Positions 10,163 through 19,795 of a stretch of DNA of 64,000 nucleotides are shown piece after piece (within the stretch, counting starts at the first letter, position 1; every line of letters begins with the position of its first letter). A program made the translations under genes and the position numbers. The stretch is taken from the IMG/VR virus record IMGVR_UViG_3300045970_000794, positions 248,001-312,000 of that record; one strand, given 5' to 3'. Below the pieces are notes generated by a model that was not told where the DNA came from, searched no databases, and saw only the letters and a program-made list of their open reading frames with translations.

Positions 10163-10240
10163 ATGTTTATCTTTTTTTAACCATTATTTTTTAATAAATA
10201 TCCTCATAGTAATAAATATATCGATTTTAGCTAATATTCA

Positions 10241-10492
10241 TTATGGTAATGAGTAAGTTCCATTACTATTAACACAGTCCGATACATTAAGTGGACTACC
10301 AATTAAATAAACACTAGTTCCACCACTAATGCTTTGTATTTTTAGATTAATAGTTGTACCGCCAGCCAATGTCATTGCAGTTCCATTTACAACTGTTGTT
10401 GTATTAGCACCAATTACTAATTGACTATAAGTAAATGCGCTAAAATTAGCAGTTGCTGGTGTGTGTACGATACTATCATGTATTCCAATCAT
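10241..10492 (-). CDS. Hypothetical protein
   Basis: 83 aa, Thr/Gly/Ser-rich, beta-strand-like. Confidence 0.6.
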   Translation of the reverse strand: MIGIHDSIVHTPATANFSAFTYSQLVIGANTTTVVNGTAMTLAGGTTINLKIQSISGGTSVYLIGSPLNVSDCVNSNGTYSLP

Positions 10493-10514
10493 AATATTTC
10501 TTATTTAATATATA

Positions 10515-11300
10515 TTATTTATTTAATAAATATAGTGATTCATCCATAACTGTTATAGAATTGATTGAATCATATGCTCTATTTTTTAAATCTGTTAGTC
10601 TTTCTAGGTATTCACCACGCCTTAATACTTTAAAAACAATGTTTTCAATTGAGTATTCACCAGAATGGGTTAATCCTTTTTTTCTCATATCTTTAATCTT
10701 ATCCCAAAGTGGTTGATAAGCTTTCATTACATCATCATACTTTTCAGCCTTAAATAAATCCTCAATCTCATCAATCTCATCAATAATATCAGCAGCTTTC
10801 TGTTTCACAACTTCTTTATCGTATTTAGGCTTTTGTTTCTTAGGTTTTTTAATCCATTCATTATCTTCTAATGAATAAACACCACTAGCAACATGTGGCT
10901 CTTTATAATCTTGAGCGTATAATTCAACATCATAATCATTAACCGTTAAGTCGTGAAGGTCGTTCCAAGAATCTTTCTTTAATTTAAGATATTCTTTAAC
11001 TAAGTCAACATCATCATTAACATCTTTATAATCAATAATGACATGTAAATCAACATCCGAGAATTTGGACCAATTATAATTAGCTAAACTACCTGTTAAT
11101 CTAACATCTTTGATTTCAACCCATGGAATATCTAATGATTCAAAAAAATCATCAGCAATTTTCAATAATTGTTTCCTAACTTCTGGTCTGATTTTATTTT
11201 CAGTAGCCCAAAGTTTTGGATTCAATTTAGGTTTAATTTCAAATGAGTCCAAATTAACGTCTTCTGGATTTAATTTCTCCAATATTAAATGTTCTTTCAT
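10515..11300 (-). CDS. Nucleotidyltransferase (Pol-beta superfamily)
   Basis: GSLANYNWSKFSDVDLHV (GS..DxD) plus DVELY third acidic residue. Confidence 0.8.
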   Translation of the reverse strand: MKEHLILEKLNPEDVNLDSFEIKPKLNPKLWATENKIRPEVRKQLLKIADDFFESLDIPWVEIKDVRLTGSLANYNWSKFSDVDLHVIIDYKDVNDDVDLVKEYLKLKKDSWNDLHDLTVNDYDVELYAQDYKEPHVASGVYSLEDNEWIKKPKKQKPKYDKEVVKQKAADIIDEIDEIEDLFKAEKYDDVMKAYQPLWDKIKDMRKKGLTHSGEYSIENIVFKVLRRGEYLERLTDLKNRAYDSINSITVMDESLYLLNK

Positions 11301-11390
11301 TGATTTTTATTTATAAATATCACTTAACATATTAAAATTCTTAATATTAATTTTAAATATCATCATCATATTTATTATAAATTCTATACT

Positions 11391-11669
11391 ATGAAAAATC
11401 TTATTAAAAACTACAAAAAGAGAATATGTACCACATGGTCTGGTGCGATATTGCATTTAATTATTTTCAATAATCCAGCTAGGCTTGTATTTTTCATTCT
11501 ATTAGCCATTATCGGTTCTATTATTACTCATGCGTTTAATAATGATGCATTATTATTTAAAATTTTAACATTGACAGGAATTTTATATAGTTTCGGATAT
11601 ACTATTATCGTAACTATTATCGCAATAAAAAATTACTTTAATGAATTAATAAAAAAAGCCCTTAATTAA
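11391..11669 (+). CDS. Small membrane protein
   Basis: Two or three hydrophobic segments. Confidence 0.55.
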   Translation: MKNLIKNYKKRICTTWSGAILHLIIFNNPARLVFFILLAIIGSIITHAFNNDALLFKILTLTGILYSFGYTIIVTIIAIKNYFNELIKKALN

Positions 11670-11677
11670 GGGCTTTT
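11654..11677. terminator. Bidirectional terminator
   Basis: Perfect palindrome AAAAGCCCTTAATTAAGGGCTTTT between convergent genes. Confidence 0.8.
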
Positions 11678-11680
11678 ATA

Positions 11681-12643
11681 TTAAATAGCTATCGGTGCTT
11701 TTATTGCTGGGTGTGGGTCATACCCTTCAAATTTGATATCATCATATTTGTAATCAAATATGTTTTTAACTTCTGGATTCAACCAAAGCTTAGGCAATGG
11801 TCTTGAATCCCTACTTAATTGTTCAGCTACTTGGTCAAAATGATTCAAGTAAATATGTGTATCACCTAATGAACATATTAAATCACCCACAACCATGTTG
11901 GTTTGAGCTGCGAACATATGCAATAGGATGGCGTAGGATGCAATATTAAATGGAAGACCAAGGAAAGTATCAACCGAACGTTGATTCCACATTAAAGTGA
12001 GCTTACGAGTTGGGATATTTTTACCTTGTGGGTCGCTCAATATTGTTCTAATCTCCAAGTCAGCATCAATATTTTTACCATGATAGGTTTCTTCCATTGC
12101 TTTTTCATAATCAACACCAGCTAATTCACACATTTCTTTTGTCGTTAACTCATGCGTTTCCAATTGAAACCCATAATGGCAAGGTGTTAAAGCCATTTTA
12201 TCTAGGTCACCAACATTCCATGCACTTACAATCATTCTACGACAATCTGGATTAGTTCTTAATCGGTCAACCATCATTTCGATTTGGTTGATAGGGGTTT
12301 TTGGTATTTGACATACATTAAATGCAGACCAGCTTACCCATTGTTTACCATAGATTGGTCCTAGATTACCATCTTCATCAGCCCACTCATCCCAAATAGT
12401 AACACCATTTTCGTTAAGATACTTAATATTGGTATCACCTTTAAGGAACCATAATAATTCATGGATTACTGATTTCATATGAATTTTCTTTGTAGTTAAC
12501 AATGGAAATCCTTCACTAAGGTCAAACCTTAGCATGCGGCCGAATACTGAAATTGTACCAACGCCAGTGCGGTCTTTTTTTACAACGCCATTCGCTTGAA
12601 TGTCACGTAATAAATCTGTGTAAATTTTATCTGTTTTATTCAT
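11681..12643 (-). CDS. thyA: Thymidylate synthase
   Basis: DRTGVGT, GFPLLTTKK, catalytic PCH, NQRSVDTFLGLPFNIASY, HIYLNH. Confidence 0.97.
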   Translation of the reverse strand: MNKTDKIYTDLLRDIQANGVVKKDRTGVGTISVFGRMLRFDLSEGFPLLTTKKIHMKSVIHELLWFLKGDTNIKYLNENGVTIWDEWADEDGNLGPIYGKQWVSWSAFNVCQIPKTPINQIEMMVDRLRTNPDCRRMIVSAWNVGDLDKMALTPCHYGFQLETHELTTKEMCELAGVDYEKAMEETYHGKNIDADLEIRTILSDPQGKNIPTRKLTLMWNQRSVDTFLGLPFNIASYAILLHMFAAQTNMVVGDLICSLGDTHIYLNHFDQVAEQLSRDSRPLPKLWLNPEVKNIFDYKYDDIKFEGYDPHPAIKAPIAI

Positions 12644-12654
12644 ATTTTTAAATT

Positions 12655-13020
12655 TTATTGTTGATATCTATTATATCTTAATAAGATACCTTTAAAAGGT
12701 ATCATTTCTAACTCTTCTGGTCTATATATTGTTGGTGTTAAACCAACATAAAAAAATATTAATTTTCGACCTAAATCAATTTCATTTTTAAAACAATTAA
12801 TATCTTCATTAAATTCTGTTAATTTATTATTACCAACATCTAATAGTGTTTTCATCATTCGTGTATCCATGCAACGTACACCACTACCATGGATGCATGT
12901 AGTGGCTAGTGCTATAGCGGAATCTAATTGAGCTAATTCTCTGATAAATGGAAATAATGATTCAACCTGATTAACCATTGTATCGTTAAAAATATTAGAA
13001 TTTAGGTTTGATATAGCCAT
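12655..13020 (-). CDS. Hypothetical protein
   Basis: 121 aa ORF. Confidence 0.6.
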   Translation of the reverse strand: MAISNLNSNIFNDTMVNQVESLFPFIRELAQLDSAIALATTCIHGSGVRCMDTRMMKTLLDVGNNKLTEFNEDINCFKNEIDLGRKLIFFYVGLTPTIYRPEELEMIPFKGILLRYNRYQQ

Positions 13021-13086
13021 ATATTGTAATGTATTATAACAAAGTAACCCAGATTTACTTAGTGGGTCTAGTCCATCAATGCAACC

Positions 13087-13134
13087 CTGTAAATTATAGT
13101 GAAAAATTAATTAATTTTTCACTATAATTTACAG
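13087..13134. repeat. Perfect 48-bp palindrome
   Basis: CTGTAAATTATAGTGAAAAATTAA|TTAATTTTTCACTATAATTTACAG, no loop. Confidence 0.95.
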
Positions 13135-13160
13135 CCCATAAAATTGACTCTACAAACGAA

Positions 13161-13183
13161 ATGGGGGTAAAACTTACCCCCAT
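13161..13183. terminator. GC-rich hairpin / terminator
   Basis: ATGGGGGTAA-AAC-TTACCCCCAT. Confidence 0.7.
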
Positions 13184-13223
13184 CACATTTATATTTGGTG
13201 TTTGAAATAAATCCATGAGTGGA

Positions 13224-13664
13224 TTAAGCTAAAACTGCGTTTTTTGATTCTTTAACTTTGTTAATGAAATATTCAACGTTTTCCAAATCTTTAACATCAA
13301 TACTAGATTTGTTTTTACTAGCAATTAATAAAGCTTCCATTGTTGCAATAAGTTGCTTTTCTTCTTTTGACATTTCTTTTGGAGTGTATTTGTGGATTTC
13401 TCTAACTAATGTTGTTGTGTTAACATCAGTTAATCTTTCAGCTGGGTATTGTTTAATTCTACCATTAAGTTCTTTACCTTGACTATCAGATATTTCAAAT
13501 CTGGTATAATCAGTCATTCTAACTCCTTTATATTTGTACTGTGTTCCAGCGTTGAATACTACGGTTAATTCTTGTGTTGCTTTATCATATTTTGATGATA
13601 ATACGTTTGATGAGTTGAATAAACACTCAATTAATGTTCCATTTTCAATTTTTTTTACTAACAT
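13224..13664 (-). CDS. KTSC domain protein
   Basis: SSNVLSSKYDKATQELTVVFNAGTQYKY..S.GK..N..IK. Confidence 0.8.
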   Translation of the reverse strand: MLVKKIENGTLIECLFNSSNVLSSKYDKATQELTVVFNAGTQYKYKGVRMTDYTRFEISDSQGKELNGRIKQYPAERLTDVNTTTLVREIHKYTPKEMSKEEKQLIATMEALLIASKNKSSIDVKDLENVEYFINKVKESKNAVLA

Positions 13665-13689
13665 GGTTCTAAAATTTATTTATTTATTA

Positions 13690-13947
13690 TTATGATTTAT
13701 ATGTTCGATAACCAGCAATTTGGGATAAATGAAATATCCTACCAGTACTAGTTAATGAATGCTCTGGATGTACTTCGTCTTCAACAACGATAGCATAATC
13801 ACCTGTGATAATTAATCCAGCGTCAGTAAATTCTAGTCTAGTTGTTTGTGGGAAATCCTCAGTTTTAGGTATTAGCCCATCACTTTGTTTACTGGTATTA
13901 TTTTTCAATAATAATTCAACTTTACTATATTTTGGTGCTGTGTTCAT
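13690..13947 (-). CDS. Hypothetical protein
   Basis: 85 aa ORF. Confidence 0.6.
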   Translation of the reverse strand: MNTAPKYSKVELLLKNNTSKQSDGLIPKTEDFPQTTRLEFTDAGLIITGDYAIVVEDEVHPEHSLTSTGRIFHLSQIAGYRTYKS

Positions 13948-14054
13948 CGTCTATTTATATTAATTAATATTTATAGAAACAAATATACTAATAAAAATTA
14001 AATAAATCAATAGAAAACATTATAATTTAACTTGTTTTTTAAAAAAATAGTTTG

Positions 14055-14062
14055 TATCTTTG
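14055..14062 (+). promoter_or_regulatory. Bacteroidota-type -7 box for clpC
   Basis: TATCTTTG 22 nt before ATG. Confidence 0.65.
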
Positions 14063-14084
14063 TAAAAAAATAATAATTTAATTT

Positions 14085-16607
14085 ATGGGTAACAGAGAAG
14101 TCGATTCTAAAGTTCAAGAAATTTTACAAAAAGCAATTGCAGAGGCTGACCAATATAATGACACTAAATTTAGGCCAGAGCATATCGTATTATCAATTAT
14201 TGATGATTCGAATAATGAATGTGTTAATATACTTAAAAATTTAGGTATTAATTTAGATAGTTTATATGATTTATTATTAAATTCTGTTAGTAATAATCAA
14301 ATAACACCACGTGTTGGACCTAAATATAATGGTAAAGCACCCCCAAGTGAATTAACTATTAAAGTATTAAATTTTGCTGATAAAGAAGCCGAATTAATGA
14401 ATGACACTAGTATTAATTTAAAACACATCATGTTAGGTATTTTAGATACTGATACACCAGTTACTAGACTCCTTAATGATTTGGATATAACAAGAACATC
14501 GTTTTACGAACAAATTAAAACACAAAATATGAGAGAAGATTATGATTTTGAGGATGATAACAATTCAAAAAAGAACATCCCACCAAGTAATAGGGTGAAA
14601 AAGAATTCTAAAACCCCAGTACTGGACAATTTCTGTAGGGATGTAACCAAAGCTGCTGAGGAAAAAACATTAGACCCAATTGTTGGTCGTGAAAAAGAAA
14701 TCCGTAGGGTTTCTCAAATTCTTTCTCGTAGAAAGAAAAACAATCCAGTTCTTATCGGTGAACCTGGTGTTGGTAAAACTGCATTAGTTGAAGGATTAGC
14801 ACAATTAATCGTTGATGGTAAAGCACCTAGAATTTTATTAGATAAACGAGTTTGTACATTAGATTTATCAGCATTGGTTGCTGGTACAAAATATCGTGGT
14901 CAATTCGAAGAAAGAATGAAAGCTTTATTAAACGAATTGGAGACTAATCCAGATGTAATTATTTTTATTGATGAATTACACACTATTATTGGTGCTGGTA
15001 ATGCTTCTGGTTCGCTGGATGCTTCCAACATTTTTAAACCAGCTTTAGCCAGAGGTGAAATACAAATCATTGGTGCTACTACATTAGATGAATATCGTGA
15101 GAATATTGAAAAAGATGGTGCACTTACTCGTAGATTTCAACAAGTATTAATTGAAGAGCCTACTTTATTGGAAACCAAAACTATTCTTATGAATGTTAAA
15201 TGTAAGTACGAAGACCATCATAAAGTAATTTATACTGAAGAAGCTATTGATGAATGCGTTAAATTGGCTGAAAGATATATTACCGACCGTGCTATGCCAG
15301 ATAAAGCTTTGGATGTTATGGACGAAGCTGGTGCATCTACCAATGTTACTGTTGAAATCCCAGAAATCATTAAAGAATTGGATGAAAAGAAAAAAGCCAT
15401 TCAACAAAAGAAAATGGAAGTTGTTAGAGCTCAGAAATATGAAGAAGCTGCTAAATTAAGGGATGATGAAGGAAAATTGGATGTTGAAATAAAGGCTGCT
15501 AAAGATGCTTGGATTAAACGATTGGATAATAAGAAAACAATTGTTGATGGTGATTTAGTTGCTGAGACAATTTCAATGATGACTGGAATTCCATTAAATA
15601 AAATTTCCAATAAAGAAAATAAAAGGTTACTTCAAATGGAAAGTGAACTCACTAATAAAATCATTGGTCAGAATGAAGCTGTGAGTAAAATTTCTAAAGC
15701 AATTAAACGTAATCGACTTGGAATTAAAGATAAAAATAAGCCAATTGGTTCATTTATATTTCTTGGGCCTACTGGTGTTGGTAAAACATTTTTAGCTAAA
15801 ATGTTAGCCGAATACGTATTTGGTGATACAGATGCATTGGTTCGTATCGATATGAGTGAGTATATGGAAAAACATTCCGTATCTAGATTAATCGGTGCTC
15901 CTCCAGGTTACGTTGGTTATGAACAAGGTGGTCAATTAACTGAGAAAGTTAGAAGAAAACCATACTGTGTAATACTTTTCGATGAAATTGAAAAAGCTCA
16001 TGATGATGTTTTTAATATCATGCTTCAATTATTAGATGAAGGTCAATTAACTGATAGTTTAGGTCGTAAAGTTAATTTTAAAAATACATTAATCATTATG
16101 ACTTCTAATATTGGGGTCAAAGATGCCAATGAATTCGGTGCTGGTATTGGATTTGATACTAAAGCTGGTGGTATTGTTGATGATGATAGAATGCGTTCAA
16201 TCGTTGAAAAAGCGTTGAAAAAGAAATTCAAACCAGAATTCCTTAATCGTTTAGATGATATCGTTACCTTCAATACATTAACCCGTGAAGACATTAGTAA
16301 AATCATTGTAAATGAATTAGGTCGTTTAACTCTTCGTATTAATGAAATCGGTCATGATGTAAAATACAGTAAAGAAGCTGTTGAACATTTAGCTACGATT
16401 GGTTACGATGTTAATTATGGTGCTAGACCATTAGCTAGAGCCATTCAGAAATATGTTGAAGACCCAGTATGTGAGGAAATTCTATCAGATAACATTAAAA
16501 AAGGTGACCAAATCAAAGTTACTTTTGATAAAAAAACTGAAACTCTATTGATTAAAGGTGTTAAAGCTAAATCGGCTGATGTATCAGAACCAGAATCTGT
16601 TGAGTAA
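14085..16607 (+). CDS. clpC: ATP-dependent Clp protease ATP-binding subunit
   Basis: Clp-N repeats, GEPGVGKT and GPTGVGKT Walker A motifs, UVR-like [15 protein letters not shown]. Confidence 0.93.
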   Translation: MGNREVDSKVQEILQKAIAEADQYNDTKFRPEHIVLSIIDDSNNECVNILKNLGINLDSLYDLLLNSVSNNQITPRVGPKYNGKAPPSELTIKVLNFADKEAELMNDTSINLKHIMLGILDTDTPVTRLLNDLDITRTSFYEQIKTQNMREDYDFEDDNNSKKNIPPSNRVKKNSKTPVLDNFCRDVTKAAEEKTLDPIVGREKEIRRVSQILSRRKKNNPVLIGEPGVGKTALVEGLAQLIVDGKAPRILLDKRVCTLDLSALVAGTKYRGQFEERMKALLNELETNPDVIIFIDELHTIIGAGNASGSLDASNIFKPALARGEIQIIGATTLDEYRENIEKDGALTRRFQQVLIEEPTLLETKTILMNVKCKYEDHHKVIYTEEAIDECVKLAERYITDRAMPDKALDVMDEAGASTNVTVEIPEIIKELDEKKKAIQQKKMEVVRAQKYEEAAKLRDDEGKLDVEIKAAKDAWIKRLDNKKTIVDGDLVAETISMMTGIPLNKISNKENKRLLQMESELTNKIIGQNEAVSKISKAIKRNRLGIKDKNKPIGSFIFLGPTGVGKTFLAKMLAEYVFGDTDALVRIDMSEYMEKHSVSRLIGAPPGYVGYEQGGQLTEKVRRKPYCVILFDEIEKAHDDVFNIMLQLLDEGQLTDSLGRKVNFKNTLIIMTSNIGVKDANEFGAGIGFDTKAGGIVDDDRMRSIVEKALKKKFKPEFLNRLDDIVTFNTLTREDISKIIVNELGRLTLRINEIGHDVKYSKEAVEHLATIGYDVNYGARPLARAIQKYVEDPVCEEILSDNIKKGDQIKVTFDKKTETLLIKGVKAKSADVSEPESVE

Positions 16608-16609
16608 TA

Positions 16610-16626
16610 TCTGGAATCTCCAGACG
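16610..16626. repeat. 17-bp direct repeat, copy 1 (hairpin)
   Basis: TCTGGAATCTCCAGACG, identical to 17349-17365. Confidence 0.9.
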
Positions 16627-16632
16627 AAAATT

Positions 16633-16660
16633 AAAGAACCGCTAATATTAGCGGTTCTTT
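16633..16660 (+). terminator. Terminator after clpC
   Basis: Perfect palindrome AAAGAACCGCTAATATTAGCGGTTCTTT followed by T run. Confidence 0.8.
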
Positions 16661-16688
16661 TTGTTAATGGAACTATATTTATAGTTAA

Positions 16689-17336
16689 ATGTTTACGATG
16701 GAAGCAAAAAAAGAAAATCTTAAAGGTGGTAATGCTGATGGTCTTACAGCTATTGATTTAGCTAGAAAGCACTCATTATTTATCGGTACAATTGAGAATG
16801 AAATTGAATTAGGTACTAAAATTGAGTCTGAACACACTAAAAATAAAGCAACTGCTAGGGAAATCGCTATGGACCACATATTTGAATTCCCAGATTATTA
16901 TAGCAATAAAAAATTTGGTTTAAAATCTAACGAAAAAAAGTTTGAAAAATCAAAGGAATCTACATCGGAATCATTAAATCGATTAGGAGCGATTTTAAGA
17001 GAGAATATAGGTCTTAACGTAGTTGATGAAGCCTCGAGTGAGATAACGTATAATATCATGTCTAATGACATTGTAGCGGGTGAATTAACCATTAAGATTA
17101 ATCACCCAGATTTGGGTAATGATGTTATTGAAATTCTTAAATTTAATATGGACCCTAGATTTAAAACAATTAAATTGGCTTATGATACAATCAAAACAAT
17201 ATGGTTCATGTTTAAAAAGATAAATAAGATAGTTCTATCACCATCGGATGAATCACTTCAGTTTTGGACTAAGCTAGGTTTTAGTCGATTAAATAATGAT
17301 TATTATTTTATACTTAGAAGTCAAAAATTATTTTAA
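16689..17336 (+). CDS. DUF5661-like domain fused to a GNAT-like C-terminus
   Basis: ELGTKIESEHT..AREIAMDHIFEFPDYY; C-terminal LQFWTKLGF; start may be 16698. Confidence 0.55.
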   Translation: MFTMEAKKENLKGGNADGLTAIDLARKHSLFIGTIENEIELGTKIESEHTKNKATAREIAMDHIFEFPDYYSNKKFGLKSNEKKFEKSKESTSESLNRLGAILRENIGLNVVDEASSEITYNIMSNDIVAGELTIKINHPDLGNDVIEILKFNMDPRFKTIKLAYDTIKTIWFMFKKINKIVLSPSDESLQFWTKLGFSRLNNDYYFILRSQKLF

Positions 17337-17348
17337 CAAAAAAAAACG

Positions 17349-17365
17349 TCTGGAATCTCCAGACG
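17349..17365. repeat. 17-bp direct repeat, copy 2 (probable terminator hairpin)
   Basis: CGTCTGGA-ATC-TCCAGACG between convergent genes. Confidence 0.9.
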
Positions 17366-17373
17366 CTTTTAGT

Positions 17374-17829
17374 TTATTTATCACTCCATTTAGTTTTCGG
17401 TAAGAAACTAGTTAAATCACCCTTACTTTCAACTGCTTTAATAAAAGCATCCCAAGTTTCATCGGTGAAAGTTTCTTTCCAGTTATTCCAATGTTTTAAC
17501 CAATCCCAATATTCTTGACATGGTTGTTTAGTTTCTTCACTGGTGTCACCTTCTTTATTAACTAATTCAAAGTTAACACCGAAACGTTTAGTTTCTTGAG
17601 CGGCTTCACCTTGCATTCTGTTAATTGCCATCATATCTTTCATTACACCACCCATGCTATCTTCTGGTATTTGGCCATTTGCTGCCAAATGATTCATACG
17701 CCAGATGAACGCACCAGCTTCATCAATTACAAAATATAATTCATGTTCTTGACATGTCTCAATGAATTCTTTAAAATTCGCTTTGCCATTTTCTGACTGT
17801 TGTTCTTCATGTTGTTTTTGTTCTTCCAT
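17374..17829 (-). CDS. Hypothetical protein
   Basis: 151 aa, Trp-rich C-terminus. Confidence 0.65.
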   Translation of the reverse strand: MEEQKQHEEQQSENGKANFKEFIETCQEHELYFVIDEAGAFIWRMNHLAANGQIPEDSMGGVMKDMMAINRMQGEAAQETKRFGVNFELVNKEGDTSEETKQPCQEYWDWLKHWNNWKETFTDETWDAFIKAVESKGDLTSFLPKTKWSDK

Positions 17830-17849
17830 TGTTTAAAAATTTAAAATTA

Positions 17850-18533
17850 TTATATTCGTGAAACATCATACCCCGAAAATTTTACGAGATATGATTCTAT
17901 TAAACCTCTATTCTTTAATTTCATATCAGAATTGAAGTATCTCTTAATTGAGCCACCACCACCTAAGTGTGCGGCTGCTAATATGCCAGATTCAGTTATA
18001 AGGATTCCATTAAATATCTTACCGCAATAAGTTGAAATGTAATCATATAAATTTCTTTTATTAATTTTAATTAGTTTAACCATCGCCGCATCTTGTTCAA
18101 CATCAGACCAACATTTTGAACGTAAACTATCTGGTGATTTTGCAAATTTATCCCGAAATAATTTAGCATCATTAATATTGGTACATATCCCAACACCAAC
18201 CAATGTACTAGGTCCAAATTGATATTTACCAATATGACCATTTCGGCTAACAGTAGTATAATCATTATGAGATTCACTATGACCAATAGCATCAATAAAT
18301 TTTTTAATTGGTTTATTTGTAGTAACCGATACAGTTACTCGATTCATGCTATCTAATTTACTACTAACCTTATCTTGTAATAATTCAAATGTTTGAATTC
18401 GTTTTTGTGCACCCTCAATTTTTTCAACTCTAGACTCAATATTAACTAGTTTTATAACAATAACAATTGTTATTGCTATTACTGTGACGAAAAAAAGAAC
18501 TAATAATTTTTTTAATGTTAATAAATTTACCAT
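17850..18533 (-). CDS. Lysozyme-like / lytic-transglycosylase-like protein with N-terminal membrane anchor
   Basis: AIGHSES..Y..GHIGKYQFG..L, ITESGILAAAHLGGGG; ATG at 18533 followed by a TM segment. Confidence 0.65.
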   Translation of the reverse strand: MVNLLTLKKLLVLFFVTVIAITIVIVIKLVNIESRVEKIEGAQKRIQTFELLQDKVSSKLDSMNRVTVSVTTNKPIKKFIDAIGHSESHNDYTTVSRNGHIGKYQFGPSTLVGVGICTNINDAKLFRDKFAKSPDSLRSKCWSDVEQDAAMVKLIKINKRNLYDYISTYCGKIFNGILITESGILAAAHLGGGGSIKRYFNSDMKLKNRGLIESYLVKFSGYDVSRI

Positions 18534-18595
18534 TTGTTTTAGTTTTAGTTTATAGGCAAAATTAATAAAAATTTTTGTAACTACCAAATATTTTA

Positions 18596-19078
18596 TTACT
18601 TTTTTTGTCCTATGTACTCATGACTGAAGCAAATCCTCTCATTATCAGCGTAATGGTTTTTGAAAATATTTAAATGCTTAATATCAGTTCTAAGTTTTTT
18701 ATTTTTTGATGTTGGTTTCCATAGTGGTGACATTGTTCGATAATACCCCATTCTAGGATGTGCAGTCCTAGAGAAATAACGTTTTCCTTCATCTAAATGT
18801 ATTTCACCTATCGCATCTGAGAATCTAACACCGATACCCATACCTTGAAAATCTGGTAAAATAACTGTTCTATGTCCCCTCCAAGCTTGCTTTAAATAAC
18901 CATTCGGCATTGCTATTACCGAACCGAATGCGACTAATATGCCATTCCATAAACCAACGAAACATCTTGATGATTTATGTATATCATCCCTTAAATAGTG
19001 ATGTTCTTTAAACATTTCCCACGTACTGCGGTCTGTGCTATAAATTTCGAGATTGATTTCTGGTCGGACAAAAAAAAA
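18596..19078 (-). CDS. GNAT (Mom-like) acetyltransferase domain in the -1 frame of the ABC ATPase
   Basis: RPEINLEI..WEMFKEHHYL, RTVILPDFQGMGIG acetyl-CoA motif; frame open from the T run at 19070-19078. Confidence 0.75.
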   Translation of the reverse strand, partial: FFFVRPEINLEIYSTDRSTWEMFKEHHYLRDDIHKSSRCFVGLWNGILVAFGSVIAMPNGYLKQAWRGHRTVILPDFQGMGIGVRFSDAIGEIHLDEGKRYFSRTAHPRMGYYRTMSPLWKPTSKNKKLRTDIKHLNIFKNHYADNERICFSHEYIGQKK

Positions 19079-19677
19079 CCGTCATACATTTCACCAGTAT
19101 TCGTATTAATCACCCAATCTGGCTCCAGCCAGTCTAGTATATCCTCATGACATGTTGCTAGGACTAATCCTGTGATATTGGCTTGCTTCACATATCTAGA
19201 TAGTGCAACTGAAGCAGCTTTTGCTACATTACGGTCTACCACTGATGTAAATTCATCAATAACAGCATTATTTTTAACTCTTCTAGCTAATTCAGCTCGG
19301 AATTTTTCACCGTTTGATAATACATGATGTGGTTTATGCCATGCTGGTATTGAATTTAATCCAACAGCACCTAATTTATTTAGAGCATCATCTTCAGTTT
19401 CGAAATGAGATACGATGGCTTTATTTGGGTCCCAAGTTAATATTTCTTCAGTACCAAATTCATGAAGTAATGTAGTTTTACCACTACCACTAGCACCATA
19501 AATAACACCAATCTTAAAATCTTTTGGGATTGTAGGTTTTTCCCATGGATGAAATTTTGACTTACCATTAAACACTAAATCAAAAGCTTTTGATGAAGCT
19601 TTAGTATAGCTATCAATTTCAACAGTTGATGTTAATGGTTCAGATTTTCTAACTAATTTACCAATTATTTTTTCCAT
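18991..19677 (-). CDS. ABC-type ATPase (soluble, GNAT-associated)
   Basis: GASGSGKTT, LSNGEKFR signature, IDEFTSVVDR, ATCH; GFFL slippery tract near the end. Confidence 0.85.
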   Translation of the reverse strand: MEKIIGKLVRKSEPLTSTVEIDSYTKASSKAFDLVFNGKSKFHPWEKPTIPKDFKIGVIYGASGSGKTTLLHEFGTEEILTWDPNKAIVSHFETEDDALNKLGAVGLNSIPAWHKPHHVLSNGEKFRAELARRVKNNAVIDEFTSVVDRNVAKAASVALSRYVKQANITGLVLATCHEDILDWLEPDWVINTNTGEMYDGFFLSDQKSISKFIAQTAVRGKCLKNITI

Positions 19678-19795
19678 GTACAAATATACTTGATTAAAAG
19701 CAATAAAGCAAGTAAAATAATAAAAAAAACAAGAATAGCTCAGAGCGATATTATCACCCTAAGCTATGTCATTATTATAATTAAAAAGTATGCTA

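Noticed and set aside
2460-16607. Inteins or group I introns in terL, thyA or clpC
   Set aside because: The ORFs are continuous, of normal length, and lack splice motifs; the ThyA insert has no intein termini
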